Positions 36,057 through 51,368 are shown, counted from the first letter of the stretch. The stretch is DNA of 64,000 nucleotides from Lingula anatina (GCA_051362555.1 CM120645.1:3720001-3784000); one strand, 5' to 3'. The notes: generated by a model not told the origin, from the sequence alone. Numbers and translations are program-made.

Positions 36057-39000
36057 CTGGAAAATTGATAAATATTTAGTGTGATGTACAGAGTTTCGTG
36101 AGTGAGGATCTTGAAATTAAATGTAAATTGCAGAAAAAAAATATGATTGCTGAATTTGAAATGAGTTTAATATTTAGAGTGATGTAAAGAGTTTACTGAG
36201 TGAGGTTCTTTGGCAGTGAATGTAAATTGCAGAAATTATTATATGATTGCTGAATTTAAAATTAGTTTCAGAGGTATAGAAATAATTTAAGTCAGAAAAA
36301 ATATTTTGGGGGGACAAAATGAAGTACGGTCGAGTATTTGTGAACCAATTAGTGTCAGATTCATTGTCAGTAAAGAAATAAATATCTGAGACTTGGTTAG
36401 AATGTCTCCATGGAACTTTTACCTCTTCTCTGCTCTAGCTGTACTCTTTTTAATATTTTATGTTACCTCTATTTAGCAGTGATCAATAATTTTGTCTGGA
36501 TTTAAGTTTATCATGAACCTAGAACTATGTCACTTCAATGTACAAACTGATAACAGTTTAATAACAGCAAGGCAGCTTTATCCAGGATCTTGTGATATTT
36601 AATCTACCTCCTCCCTGTGTACACACACTGCAGTACAGGTGAACAGGGAAAGTTAGGGAGACTTGGTTTAAGATAAATATATCATCCGAACGATACTTAC
36701 ACGAGACTTCACATTTTAATGTTAAAATAATTTCTCCAACCAAAAGAAAAGATCATTCTTTCAAAATAAAATTTCAGAAATAAATTACATTTTATCCCAG
36801 ACTCACTCCTGTAAAGACAAAGCACTTTTCATTATTTTCTCTAGTGACATATCAGAAGGCACTTTCAACATCACATGACTTTTATTTGCAGAAGCCATCT
36901 TTTTGCGTTTTTGATTATGGTATATGAGATACTTATGAAATTCTATTATAGTACCTGAGATTGCTGACAGCTTGGACTGAAAAAACAACTTATATTTCAA
37001 AGTAAGTGCATTTTGATGTTACAAATTTCAAATTATCATAAATATTAAAATTTTTGTAGGAAATGAATAAACACAAAAATGAGGGATCTTTTTCTTTCGT
37101 GGTCACATGGGCGTTTCTACTTAGTTGATTAAATTGTATTATAAAGAATATCAAAAAAAGTGTTTTTTGTTTTTAAATTTGGTATTACCCTATGAGAACC
37201 TTTTTATATGGTTCACTCTTTTTAATTGATAAAAGTTAGCATAAAATCTAGACACCTGGCTTGACAGAATAATGCCCATTATATCACATCATATGCTAAG
37301 TATTTTCATCCACTACAGTTACAGTGCAGGGCCAACTGAACCAAGAGTTTATAGAGGCACCTCCTGAGTATGTACCACCAGCAAGTTTTGTGAGTCACTT
37401 TACAGCAGAGTGAGAACAACTTGTAAATAGGTGAGGTGGAAAGATTTGAAGGAAAAATATTATATAATAATTAAAGTTATTCTATCTACAGCAGTAACAG
37501 AATACCAGCTCCACCAGTTGTTCATATAATGGTAGAGGCACCTTAAAGTTCTTTAAATTCTCACAGCCCTGAATCTTACATTTGTGTTTATTGTGTTTAT
37601 TTAAATCTATTTGTTTTCCTGGCAAAGTTAAGTACCAAGTGGTACATAGGACTTCATTGAAACATCTTTCACTGATGGTAAATTATAATAAACCCTTGTA
37701 ATTTAATGCAATTTTACTTCTTTATTTCTATAGTTTCGAGTGTGCTTGCCATTTTCAATAAAATTTTTAATGGCGTTTGTTAATTTACAGTCATATGGTT
37801 TGAAGATGTTTTGTGATATTTTGTGTATAATTTCCTCTTTAAACCACCCTATATTTGGCTTTATGCATTGGAAGGTTATCTGCTTTAAAAACACCCTAAC
37901 TGGTCATGAGCTAGCTAGTAGAACCAATAAAACTGATATCCATACTTGATCAAACTTTTGCTATAAGATCATGCTAAAATTTCTATTGCTAAGCTTATCA
38001 CCTACTTTCTTCTGCTGATCTTTTGTTACTAATTTATTGAGATAGAATACATAGCTTTCAACAGTACATTGTGTGTTTTTTTCTTTTTCCAGAGAGCATA
38101 ATAATCAGCATTACACGGTAATAAAACTTCCTATATGTTTGTCCAGATGCACATCATACCATCCAAAACTAAAAACTTTTAGTCAGAAGGTATATGATGT
38201 TATAATTATACTGAAACTTCTTTTTATATTGAGTAAAAGATTACTTCAATGCCATTATTCAATTTTAATCAACTCTTTAAACTCAAAAATACTTTCAATA
38301 CATTAATACTTCATAAATTACTTAGTGTTTATACCATTTCAGTAATAAAACGGTATTAGAATACTTTTGTGCAATATAGAGAAACTTACATCTACTTTTC
38401 TAGTAATTTTTTCTTCCCAGTAAAGACACTGAAAGCATCTTAACCTGCTCAAAATTCTTTTCAGAAAACCCGTACACTTGTTGACATCTACATTACGTCC
38501 CATTAGGTAAAAAAAATTACTGCTTTATGCACAAATATCTACCTTTCACTTACGCAAAATTGGTTAAAATGCACCAAAGTAATGGGTGTTATTATTCACA
38601 TCCTGTATCAAATGAAGAGTAGCTCCCTCACCATAACATCTATGTTTAAGATATTTACAAGATATTTCCAGTTTGTCACTGTCTACAGTAGCAGCTACTG
38701 AGTACACTATACAAGTGCATGTCGTTGGAGGACCACAGGAAATAATTAAATGTAATTTTTGACAATAAATTCCCCATATTAAAGTACTAAGTATACAAAG
38801 CTTTTTGAACAAAAGAAGTACCTGCTTTTTTCTACCAATTCATTGTTTTCTAATTCCAGATAACAAGATAGTTCAAGGACCAAAAATGTTTCAAGATTGA
38901 GTTAACCATTTCTTTAGTTACCTTCTATAAAAGCAAAACGTCTGTTATCAGGGGGCAATACTGCTAAAATTTGTGGAAAACACACAATTACCCACTCAAA

Positions 39001-39061
39001 CATTCAATTAATTTTACCTGTGAACATAAACATATAGAGCAGTGACACTTTCTACTGCTCC

Positions 39062-42000
39062 ATGGCTTACAGACAAGAAGTGCAGGAAAAAAAACTTGAT
39101 CTCTTGCATAGGCTACAGTTGTCTCCATGGTTCAAGACACCAGACATTGTGCTGAAATGTACTGAGTTTAATATAGACAATGCTGGTATAGACAACCTAC
39201 CAGAGTCCATTGACAGGTGCACAAATGTTGTGGAGATATCTGCAGGATTTAACAGTTTATTTTCTTTACCACAGTCCATATCCAACCTACCACACCTTAA
39301 AGTGTTGAGCCTATTCCAGAATGCCTTCACTACATTCCCCATAGTACTGTGTGGCCTGACTAACCTAGAGATGCTGAGCCTGAGTTACAACCAGCTATCT
39401 GAAATACCAGTGGAAATCACCAGGTTGAAGTTGCTTAAAATATTCAGGCTCAATAACAATGCCTTCACTACATTCCCAATAGCACTGTGTGGCTTGACTA
39501 ACTTAGAGGAGCTACACCTGAGTGGCAACAAGCTATCAGACATACCAGTGGACATCACCAGGTTGAAGGTGCTAAGAATATTCCGGCTCCATAACAATGC
39601 CTTCACTAACTTCCCCATAGCACTGTGTGGCTTGACTAACCTAGAAGAGATGTGCCTGACTCGTAACCAGTTACCTGACATAACAGTGGATATCATCAGG
39701 ATGGAGGCCCTCAGAATATTCTGGTTCAATTACAATGCCTTCCTCACATTCCCTATAGGACTGTGTGGTTCAACTAACCTAGAGGTGCTGAACCTGTCAC
39801 ACAACCAGCTATCTGACATGCCAGTGGATATCAGCAGGTTGAAAGTGCTCAGAATGTTCTATCTCTCTAACAATGCCTTCACTACATTCCCCATAGCACT
39901 GTGTGGCTTGACTAACCTAGAGGTGCTGGACTTGTCACACAGCAAGATATCTCACATACCAGTGGATATCAGTAGGTTGACAAAACTTAAGACACTTAAT
40001 TTGTCAAACAATAACATCACTCACCTGCCACCACAAATGAAGAATATGGAAAGTCTTAGACAACTACATGTGGATGGTAATCCTCTGGTACAACCACCTA
40101 AACATATTATCAAAAGGGGTCTAGGCGCCATCAAAAGATATTTTGAGGCATTAACTGTCAGTGAGGCAATCCAATCAAGTAGAATACAGGTCAACTTACT
40201 TGGTGAAACAGAAGCAGGAAAAACTAGCATTTCACGTACACTGCAAAATGGAGAGTCTACCCTTACAAAGATGGCAGACAGGACAAGAGTAGTAGAACAA
40301 GGAACATGGGAGACTGACCAAGATATTGGCTTCAATATCAATGACTTTGGTGGACATGATGTTTACAAAATAGGACATCCCATTTTTATCTCCAACTGTG
40401 GCTTGGTTTTCATCACTTTCGATCTGTCTAAATATGACCCAGAAGACAAGGCTCAGTACCAGCTCTACATTGGACACTGGATTGACAAGGTGCAAGCACA
40501 GATGCCAGGGATACAAATAGCTCTTATTGGAACTCATCTTGATGAGGTAGAAATCCAACATATAGAAAACAAGTGTGTTGCAATAAAGAAGCAATATGAA
40601 GACCACATAAACAAAAAGAAGCAGTGGTATCTATTACAAAAGGAGATCATTGAGAAGAGAATAAGAGAAACACCTGATACTGAAGCATCTCTCCGCCAGG
40701 CCTACCAAAGCAAATCAGATAAACTGCAGACCTTGTATGATAAAATGAAACCCATCCACAAGCACATTTTCAGAGTTAGTTCAAAAACATGTGAAGGAAT
40801 TAAAGAGTTGGGAGACTACCTCATTTATTTTGCCAGGATAAATGCCGAAGTTTTGCCAGGTATGTGGTTAGCAGCAGCCAAGAATATCTGCAACAAGAAA
40901 ATTGAAGGCTCTGAAAACACACTTGGCTGGGAGATGATTGAAGACCTCATTCTGCAAAATGCACCTACATCATGGAAAGAGCAGAACACAAAGGAAGAAA
41001 CAGAAAGAATGATATGTGACATCTTAAGTTTCCTTGCTCATCGTGGAGACATCATTTGGTTTGATAAATGTCCCTCACTGATGAAAGTAGTTTTCCACAA
41101 GCAAGAGGTTCTAGTGAATGTTCTGAAGGCAGTCCTCAGTCATGATCAAGAGGCTGTGTCAGAGAAGCTCCAGAAGTCCATGAAGATTACTGAAACCAAA
41201 GCAATTAACATACATGAAGACATCTTCACCAGAGGCATAATTTCCAAAGAAGCTATGAGCTGCCTGTGTGAGCCTTTTAAATTGTCAAGCACTGAAGTTG
41301 ATGTCATGATAGAAATGATGCAGAAACTGGAGCTGTGCTATCAAGTCCAGGAACATGAATCCCTTCCATCCAATACCTCATTCCACTTTCCATGGCTCCT
41401 CACTGAAGAAAGACAATCTGAGCTAGACACCAAATGGCCCAGCAAGGTTCCCCCAGACACCACACAACTTACCCTGCAGGTTCTCTTTCCATACAAATGT
41501 CCAGATGGCTTATATGAGAAATTTTCTGTTCGTCAGCACAAGCATCTTGGACTCATGAAGACCATGCGAATGGACTGGAAGGATGGGGTGTATGCAGAAC
41601 TTGAGGGATGCAAAATGCAGCTGACACGAGGGCAAAACCAGCTAAATCCTGATGCAGTCAGCCAAAACCCAGACTGGGTTATCAGCATTGCTGTCCGTGG
41701 ATCACATCTCTCAGACATGTGGGATGTTCTCACACAAGGCCACAGTGACCTCATGGACATCATTAAAGAGGACTGGCCTGGGCTGTCATATGACAAGTAC
41801 CTGGTGTGTCCCCACTGTGTGAGAGAGGACAGTGAGCATCCAACGCTCTTCCCTGGAGAGATACTTGACCTAACCCTGGGGACAGCTTCCAAACCAAGAC
41901 ATGTGACATGTGTCAATACTGGTGTCTCTATTCCTGCAGACCTGGTCTACCCACCTCACCTGGTCATGAGCTGGCAGGAAGGTAAACACAGCAGTATAAT

Positions 42001-42718
42001 GGCATTGTTCTCTTTCTTTTGTTTCTCTTTGCTCAACAATATTGTCAAACTGCCCTCACCTAAACATGACATCCAAAAAGCGTACAAACAAGAAGGTTTT
42101 ACATTCATCTGTTTTCATTAAGCACTGCATTTTAGCTTTAAAACATAACCCAATGATTGTCTTCCCATAATTGGTACTGTATTTTTTAAAAAATGTTCAT
42201 ATATTATCTCCATGTACTTAGTTAACATGTAAATAACTGTTCTTACAGCAGTAAGGCTTTTTTTCTGTGCAATCTTTTGTATTCTTCTACACTCGCCTCT
42301 GCCCATGTGTCCAATCTTTATTTTAATATTGAAATTATCCACTAAAATTCAATTTTTACATAACAACAACAGATAATTTTTTTTTTGTCATGAATATCAT
42401 TTAAAAGTAGCTGTTTAATTTTTTTCAGTTCTGAATAAAGAAAAACCAAGCCTTTGTGAAAAAATCACAGAACCCTGTCTCCTGGACATGTTAAATGAGT
42501 TCCTCCAAGAAGGCATCATCACCCTTCGTGAAGCTGAAATGGTGAGAGCAGAGCCTCCTCAACACCATGACCAAACCTCAACTACCAGGGTGGTATGTCC
42601 AGAGAAAACTGCTGTCTTCCTGGACATTTTAACCAGGAAACCTGTCAGGGCACATAATACTCTTTGTCGATGTCTTCAGGAACAAGGACAGACTGATCTT
42701 CTTAGATTGATCCAGTAA
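39062..42718 (+). CDS. MFHAS1-like: ROCO protein copy 4: LRR(~14)-ROC-COR-CARD; predicted join(39062..41981,42429..42718); alternative last exon 49608..49891
   Basis: 1019-aa ORF with ROC motifs; donor after 41981; phase-1 acceptors at 42429 and 49608. Confidence 0.9.
42429..42718 (+). CDS. CARD exon type A (ROCO copy 4)
   Basis: Nearly identical to 17021..17310. Confidence 0.8.
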
Positions 42719-43769
42719 TAGTCCCTTACCTACACTGGTCTATCGTTTCATTGTGTGAAAAGCTCCAGTGGCCAGACAATTTTCACGGTGCCATGAAGAT
42801 AAACAGTTAAAAAATACCCACAATAAATTCGGCAACCGTAGGATGCGCCAACATATAGATAATTGCGATGGTATTTATGCCGAAATATCAAAATGAATAG
42901 CCCTGCCGTTCCAATCGGCAATCCTCGACTGTCGAGTGCGGAGACATCCGAGTAGTTCCAAGTGCTGCCGTTCTACCCTTTAAACCAATCAAAGCAACGG
43001 AAAGGGGTCACGGGATCACTTGACCTACATCTGATCGATGTAAACAATGAATTTCCATGCGAAGCTTGCACATTTAATAGATGATTCCCATGCGTTGTTT
43101 CAATAAAAAAAATAAGTCCTAGGTTTTTAAAATCGATGTCAATATCGAGAGAAAGATTTAAATAGTTGGAGAATACGTGTATTTTAGGTGTATTTATATA
43201 ATTGGCTAAATGATGACGTGAATTCACGGTTAAAAGGTATGTAGTATTAGCCCGTACACTGTGCATTGTACCACTTCTACAATCGCACACAGGTCACACT
43301 ATTACCCAATATAGTGATCATATAATCACTTGCATGTATGTTCAGTAATGTTACATTGAATGCATTTTAAATTCTCAGGTGTGTTAAAGCGCATATAATC
43401 ACTTAAAATTATTTGACTCAATATTTTACACTGATAAATAGTACAAACTAGGTATTCATGTGGGCTGTCTGTTTATGAAGCTGGCAAGTGCTCAAAAAAT
43501 TATTTCAAAAATATGTAAGTGCTTCACTAGGTAGAATAATTGAGTTTTTTATGTTCAAGTTTCTCTTTAAATTGCAGAGGTACAATTTTTAAAGAAGTTT
43601 GATTATTGCAATTAATTGCAGCATTGTCTAGTAACAACAGCATATTAAAAGAAATAACAGCTCACATTTAACAAGGCTTTTATGATATATATATATAATA
43701 TATTTTTCCAACTTAATTATTTAAACTATCAAATTATAACTTTCTACATTTCTTGTGCATATCTGAAAA

Positions 43770-44245
43770 AGATTAATAAAATGCCATTCGAACAGGTACA
43801 CTTAAAATTTTGCAAATGGATTTTAGGTCTAAGAAAGCAGGCTAGCAATACCATTTTTAGAGCTGAGCTTGGCAGTTACCCTATTATTTCAACTATAACT
43901 AAACCTGTCTAAAGATTAGTCTTAGACTGGAACAACTACTAGTAGATAATAGAACTGTAAATCAGGTGCACAGTCTTGAGCAAGATACAAAGGGAAACAC
44001 ATGGACAGAATCTATCCGAAGATAACAACCCACCAAAGAAATTATATCAAATAGAAAACCTTTTAGAAATATTGAACATAAAAATCGAAAAACACTTCTG
44101 GCAGGAATTAAATAGCTCAATCTCAAACAAATTAAGGGCATACAAAACAATAAAAAAATATTATGAATGTGAAAATTACATCAAAATGAGTGTCTCCCCA
44201 TTAAATATCAAAACACTTGCAAAAATTAGACTAAGTGACCACAAC
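43770..44245 (+). mobile_element. Degenerate non-LTR retrotransposon ORF2 C-terminal fragment (RTE-X-like)
   Basis: EQVHLKFCKWILG..QASN....AELGSYP and NKLRAYKTIK....ENYI....LAKIRLSDH are typical post-RT LINE motifs; interrupted by stops and frameshifts. Confidence 0.65.
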
Positions 44246-45572
44246 TTTTTTTTTACAAATAGTGCAGATAGCTGGCAGCACTGGTGACTTTGATATACCA
44301 AACCCTGAGACTGATCTCAATTTCTTGGGAGATGGACCTTGTATTTTGGGAAGAGTACAACTGGTTGATGGTTCTGTAAAAGAAGCAAAATAACATTTTA
44401 CTTTTCATACCATATACTTTTCATACCATAGTGCATTATAATGTGCAGATACTGACTACTACAGAAACAACTTTAACGTTGGATAAATATTCAAGTGGGT
44501 GTAACAAAGATATGTAAAAATAGTAATGTGCTCAAAATTCAGTTATAAAAACAGTTGCCTTGTATAAATAAAAAGACAACATAGAATACATATTTCAAAT
44601 AAAAACATCTGGATACCTGGATACACAAATGATTTAGCAAATACAGAGCAGACCGCAAATACTTGATTGTTGCAAGTGCAATTGTATATACAATCACTAT
44701 GATTTAACTATAAAATAAATGAATAATAATGAAATAAGATAAGACAGTCGCATGTGAGTTTATCACATGATTGACACCAAGTGATATTGACAACTATAAT
44801 TACATATATCCTCATGATTCAAAGGGCATAGGGTAGGTATAGGATTCAATGTATTAGTGGCTCAGCATGTTCCTTTTATGAGGAACTAAGCTGTAACAAA
44901 CTATAGGCAAATGAGACCCACTGTTTAATATTTGTTGCAACTAAGACAAATTAATCAAGCTTAAAGATCTAATAATTAATAGGGAGCCCACTAGCAGTCT
45001 GCTGCCCAGATTAATATCAGATGCCTTGAATAAAAGTGACTCTTCTCTTTAAACTGAACTATATCTACCAGTCACCCTACTCATTATCATTATTCCTTAA
45101 TTGATACTGTTTGTCAACGTATTTCTTTATTGATACTATTTATGTATACCTTTACTGATTCTATTCATAAGGGAAAGTTACAAGGATTATTCCTAACAGT
45201 CCTAATTAAATTAATCACATTGCAGCTTGTTCTGTGAAAAGCTATCCTACTTTTTCTGGCTCACAAGATACAGTAAATATTCCCTAAAATACATTCTCAT
45301 TGAAGTTGGGCTTAGCCTATACATATTTATATTCACTAATGGTTGCACATGTGCAGCAATGTATTGGGGGGGAGGAACACTCCACAAATAACATAAAAGA
45401 TTCTACCATGATACTTAAGCCTCTGTCTCATAAAATCCCACCATAACATTTGTTTGTATATCTTGTTGTGTAAAGCCTTACATTATTTTGTGTAAATGCA
45501 ATGCTAATTATGATAAATATGGATGAACTAATAATGAGATGTTAATCATGGCAAGAACATACAGCTAGCTTA

Positions 45573-45769
45573 GGCTGTATTCCCAGAGCTTTTAGATTGA
45601 TCTGTCCCCGCGGGGAGTCTAACTAGATTACTGTCAGATAATCCGGCTTAAATGTCCATCCCGCCTACTACAAGCTGTAAGGGGGTATTTAACTTTCGTG
45701 TCCGCCCCACTGACAGCTGTTTAGCGTGAACCCCTAAAGTAGATCTATCTAATCTCTGGAAATGAGGTC
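45573..45769. mobile_element. Tourist-like MITE nested in the TIR element
   Basis: Reverse complement of 31699-31911; TTA TSD. Confidence 0.75.
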
Positions 45770-48700
45770 TTATTCAACAGAGAGGAGTTGTTTCATATCT
45801 TAAAACCTTTAAGTATTTACAAATAAAATAATAATAACACTTATAAACTTTTTTTATCATTTTCTTATTTTCTTTCTTTCATATCACTTTTATCAGTCAC
45901 ATATTGATATGTAACATCAGCCACGTACAATGTAAACATCACACGATCGGGGCTGACTTAAAAACAAATTACAATATGTTGACATACCTTCTTCAGCAGG
46001 ACTGCCTTGTTTCTCAGCTTTCTCATACTTCTTTGCCGCCTGAGATAGCCCCTTCTTGTTAATTAGCTTTCTGTAGCAAGAAAAGTGACATCGTGGTTTG
46101 GCTTCCAAATCGTCGAATCCTTATCTAAATCCGTACTGTACGGATCCACTGAACAGCAGCGGCTTCTCTGCTGCCAAATTTCAGCCATTGTTTCGCTGCG
46201 ACTCTAAAAGTTTCCCAGCGAACACGTGTGATGGTATCTAGAGTCTCTTAATTAGCTACCTTCTTTTATGTGCATGCAACACGAAAGATGAGAATTTGGC
46301 GAAGATTTCGCGTCTCCCTCCTCAGTCTCTTCATTACAGCCGACCATGCTGCTTTGTTTACATGGCATGGCCTGGTGGGAAGGTGACGTGACCCCCTTTC
46401 CGTTGCTTTGATTGGTTAATCTGATCTGAATCTGATTAAAAGGCTCGAACGGCGGGGCTATTCATTTTGATGTTTCGGCATAAATACTACCGCAATTATC
46501 TATATGTTGCCGCACCTCTCGGTTGCCGAATTTATTGTGGATATTCTTTTACTGTTTATCTTAATGCACCGTGAAAATTGTTTGGCCACATCACATATTG
46601 AAGGAAAGAGCTTTTCTTAACGCTTTTATGCATATCAGGTGGGGGACTATAAGGGGACTTTCCTAGACTGATAATCAAACTTTCCTAAATATTCACAGAA
46701 TGAAAGGGGACAGGGCATTTAATTTATCAATGGAATACCTCAAGTATTATGGACAAAGTGAGCTTGTTTCCCTATTTGAATATAGGAAATGCAGTTAAAC
46801 TGACTGTGTGGTGGACTCACCACCTGCAGCAGTCATGTCATGTAGTTGTTTTCTCAAATGTCCAGTAGTCTTCGATGTGCTCAAAAAATGTGACCATTCT
46901 GGCCTGCAATATCTTTTTGATAGTCAAAAAATTCAAATAGTAAATCTTGGTCATTTGAGCTAAGGAACTAGCCATGCACCTACAATTTACTGGTTGACTG
47001 GACGCTTATAATGCATCAGACCAAGAGCCGTTTAATCTATCAGAAGAGAAACGTAAAGCACCAAGCATTTGAAGGTTTGACCAGTTTACTGTGGTTAGTT
47101 CTGAACAATAATCACATCAAGTCCATCTCTACCACCTCCTTCAGTGACCTGCCGTCTTCCTTGACATACTCAAAACCAGAGGAGATAAGGCATTTGTTTT
47201 ATTGAGAAAATGTCTCACTGAAAATGGACAAAGTGAGCTTGTTTCCCTTTTAAGATAGACCCAGTACCTGTGGCAGTCATGTCCTGTAGTTGATGTACCC
47301 AATGTTTATTAATTCCTAATGTAGTGAAACACTTAGGCCTTATTGGCTGCATACATCTAGCTTTTTGAAAAAAAAAAAAAAAAAAAAAACAATGAATCTT
47401 GGCCAGATAGACTAAAGAACTGTTCCTGCAGTAATTCCTGTCCTTAACTGATCTATATAATCCATGAGTGAGATAGAGGACATGAGAGCTGACCATCATC
47501 AATCTACAGACCCCCTTATGTGGAAATAATGGAGCAAGAATGGATGAAGAGTAAACATTAGCAGGGATTATAATGATAGCCGTGGTATGCTACTTGGTGG
47601 GAAGAGGAGCTAGGTGGGAAGAGGAGCGTAGTGGGAAGAGGAGCGTGGTGGGAAGAGGAGTGTGATGGGAAGAGGAGAAAGGCATACAGCTGTACACCTA
47701 CAGGTTAGAACATGTGATATGATAGGCCAATATTGTTTTATAAGATGTTGATGTCCGTCTAGTTTTTTATCAGTAATGGAGGGGGAGGATGGACAGCAGA
47801 ACATGTGATATGATAGCTAGACCATCTTTGTTTTATTAGATGTTGATGTCTGTCCAGTTCTGTATCAGAAATGGAGAGGGAGGGTGGGGGAATACCTTAC
47901 ACTGAGATGCTGCTTAACAAATGTGAAGAGTTATTTTTTATTTGGAATGCACTATGTTGCATTAGATTAAACCTCTTTATATGAACTTATAATACTACCA
48001 CAACAGCTTTAGGTCTTTATTACCAGCGCAATATTTTAGTGTCACACAGAAATGGGCTTTAAGGGTGGAAAACCTATTCTTGTAATTTTGAGCACACAAC
48101 ACAGCTGATGAAGTTTGTTGCTGGATCCTTAAAAAAATGTTATATTGTAATTTCTACAGATGAGACCAATTATAGGTGACTTGATGCCATATGATCCATC
48201 AGATGAGGGATGGGAAAGCTGGAATTCCAACCAGTTCCTGAAGTATCAGGGACATGTGTAACCCGAGTTCCAGTCATACCCTGCCTACAACAAGATGATG
48301 TGGAGGATGGCAATTTAAAACAGTCAGTGCCATAACTTGAGACAAACACCAGCCAGCTGCACAGTCAGGTTTGTACAGTTATATATTTAAAAATTTGTTA
48401 CCCCTTTTTACATTTTCAGAATTGGTAAAAAGTTGTGAAAACAATTTAAGCAAAATGTATCTGGTATATGTTATCTGCCTGAATAAAGACCATACAAACC
48501 TTAGGGTTAAAACTTCAAGTAAGGTATACTCTGGGGTGAGCCATAATCACAGACTGACACCAATTTTATATTATACATCAAACTATAGAAAAAATTACTT
48601 TCATGTTATCCAGTGGAGTTACAACATATTTGTTCTCTTCTTTCCACAGAATACAGTATCAACAGTTTATCTCTGCTAAGCAGTGCATCAGACAGTACTC

Positions 48701-49607
48701 CTCCCAACACACAGAGCACCAGCAGCACTGGACTGAACTCTCTGGAAACCTTTAACCCTAATCCTAAACTAGCCAATCACAACGGGGCCCAGGACAGGTC
48801 AACAAGCCCAGTGGCCATGTTTCACCATCTGCTGCAGTGGTTTAACATCAGCTCCGTGCCTCACACCAGATGAACAGCAGATATAGTTATCACATACAAC
48901 AGACAATCCAGGTATTAATTATTTGGATGACTTTCTCTAAGCCATTTCAATGGCTAATTGTCTTTGTTTATAGATGCATAACATTTTTGAAAATGCTTTT
49001 GAAACAGTGGCAGTATTAATCGTTACATGTACTGCTTGAAATTAATAAAACAGGGCAAGGTCTGTATTAAGAAAAATAATTTATTTTACTGGAAAAAAAC
49101 ACCCTGCATTTTAATTATTATTTTTGTACAGAACAATCTTATTCAATTAATGCTTGCCTGCTTGCCTCCTTGTCACAGTACTCATGTGTCCCCGGACATA
49201 ATTCTCATACCACATCTCACACATTGTCAACACAATAAAGTAATGCGTTTAATTATTTGTTGATTATTTTCAAAATGGTCACTTAACATTATGATAATGT
49301 GGGGTAGTAATCCTTCACTTTACAGTTGTCTTTGGTAGATGTTTAGACAAGTGATTTAGACAAATAATACACATTGTATTAGCTGGGTGGGTCCAATTTT
49401 GCTGGGCGTTCTTGCTTAAGTGCAATCAGTGGAATCAGCTTAATCAGCAAATGACAGTTATTACCCCCTAGACAAAGGTTTTGTTTTCATTTTAAGTGAT
49501 GGAGTAATATAAGTAATCATTCACAATATACATTTGCTATTTATACATCTAAAAGGACTGGATGTAATTTTTAACATTCTGTAATGTGTGGACAACATTA
49601 TTTTCAG

Positions 49608-49891
49608 TTCTGAATGAAGTAAAACCAAAGCTTTGTGAAAACATCACAGTTCCTGGTCTCCTGGATATGTTGGATGTTTTCCTCGAAGAAGGCATTATCA
49701 CTGACCCAGAATATGAATGGGTGAAGCCAGAGCTCCCTCAACACCAAACCTCTACTACCAGGGTGGTATGTCCAGAGAAAACTGCAGTATTCTTATATAT
49801 TCTCAAAACTAAAGGGAACAATGTATTTGATTTATTAAGGGAATGCCACAGTAAAAATGGACAAAGTGAGGTTGCTACCCTCCTTAAATAG
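49608..49891 (+). CDS. CARD exon type B (alternative terminal exon of ROCO copy 4)
   Basis: Open frame; one residue differs from 20344..20627. Confidence 0.7.
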
Positions 49892-50509
49892 AATAAGTGA
49901 CCAAGAGAACTGACTCTATGGACTCACTCAGACTATGTGACTATGTGACATTTATTCAGTCAATCACTTTGGCCACACTGATTTAAAATATCTCAGTCTA
50001 AATGGGAAATCTTTTTCACAAACAGTAATAGACTATCAGATTGTTCAAAACGCCAATTGTTGTATAATTAAAGTATAGCAAAAATGTACACATGTAAATA
50101 CACAGGTATAACCAAAGAACAGTCAAGTAGAATATATTGCATTAAAATAAATGTGCTTTTTATTGGAATTTATTTAGATAAATTAAGATTGTTGATGTAA
50201 ATAATCACTGAGTCAAATCATTACTATGCCAGTGGCAGTACAATGTGGTAGTATTAAACAGAATTTCATTGAATTAATAAATTATTTCTGAGACATTAAA
50301 ATTTTAGGATTAAGTATCTTTTTAGTCCACCCAATACACCAACCACAAATGTTATGTGTAGTATAACAATAAAACATAATAGTTTGCCTGCAGCAGTAGC
50401 TCATAGAGCAGGGTGACCAAACAAACCCAATGATTCACCTACCACAAAAGACTTAAGTGATTTCTCCTTAATTTTCCCTCATTTCAGTCAAGGTAGTTGT
50501 GGAAGCTGG

Positions 50510-51368
50510 CTATCCTCCGTTTCTCTCCTCCAGATAACACATCCTTCCAGTCACTCTCAGCTCCACAGCCTGGAACACAACAACTCTTAATGGATAATGA
50601 ATTAAAATTAATATATATTTTTTAAATTTTCAAATACATTTTGAATATTTCAGACAAAGTGTGATATAACTAGTCTTAATGAAATAAAGTAATAAAGTGG
50701 TTTTAGATTATAAATGATTTAGATTTGCAGATATCATCCCTTAACATAATTTTGAAATGAGATATCCACTAGCGAAGGAGACGGGGATTTGACTTTACTT
50801 AACTCTAAACTCCCAAGCCAATAAAATTAAAACAAGATATAGTTATTATAATTAAATGGAAACATATCAGATGACATGATTAATTAGGATTAAGATGCGT
50901 TACTCCTGTGATGAACATAGATAATGTATATACATATGAAAATAGAAACTGTATCAATCAAAAACTTTACATATTTTCTGCAGATATCTTAGTACCCTCT
51001 TCTCTCTGTATAATATGTTGCAGGTTTACACATCTGAATATATCTTTGAGTGGTGATTTGGGTGGTGGTTTGAGTAGGCGACCATTATACACAGCCACAG
51101 ACCACTTAGAATACAGAACAGGGAGCTCTTACCACAGCCATTACAGCCTGTTACATGTATCAGCAGGTGCATGTTGTGGTCCATCTGGAAATATCATGCT
51201 GAATATGAAAGCAACCTGCCTCTTTACCAAACAAAGCCACTCAGTAAATTTAAGTAAAACAAAAATACAGTATGGCAGTTCTGAGCCCGGGGCGACTTTT
51301 AGAACAGCTAGGGAGCTCTTACCAAAGCCATTGGAGCCTGTCATTAGCAGGTCCATGTTGTGGTCCAT
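50510..51368 (-). pseudogene. ABCD2: ABCD1/2-like exon 8 and exon 6/7 remnants
   Basis: Duplicate of 21246-22104. Confidence 0.75.

Larger units (their letters stand above)
42719..46649. mobile_element. 3.9-kb non-autonomous TIR DNA transposon (Academ-like; PIF/Harbinger not excluded)
   Basis: TSD TAA (42716-42718 / 46650-46652); termini TAGTCCC...GGGACTA; ~145-bp subterminal inverted repeats (42768-42911 vs 46447-46589); empty site at 17308 in copy 2. Confidence 0.85.
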
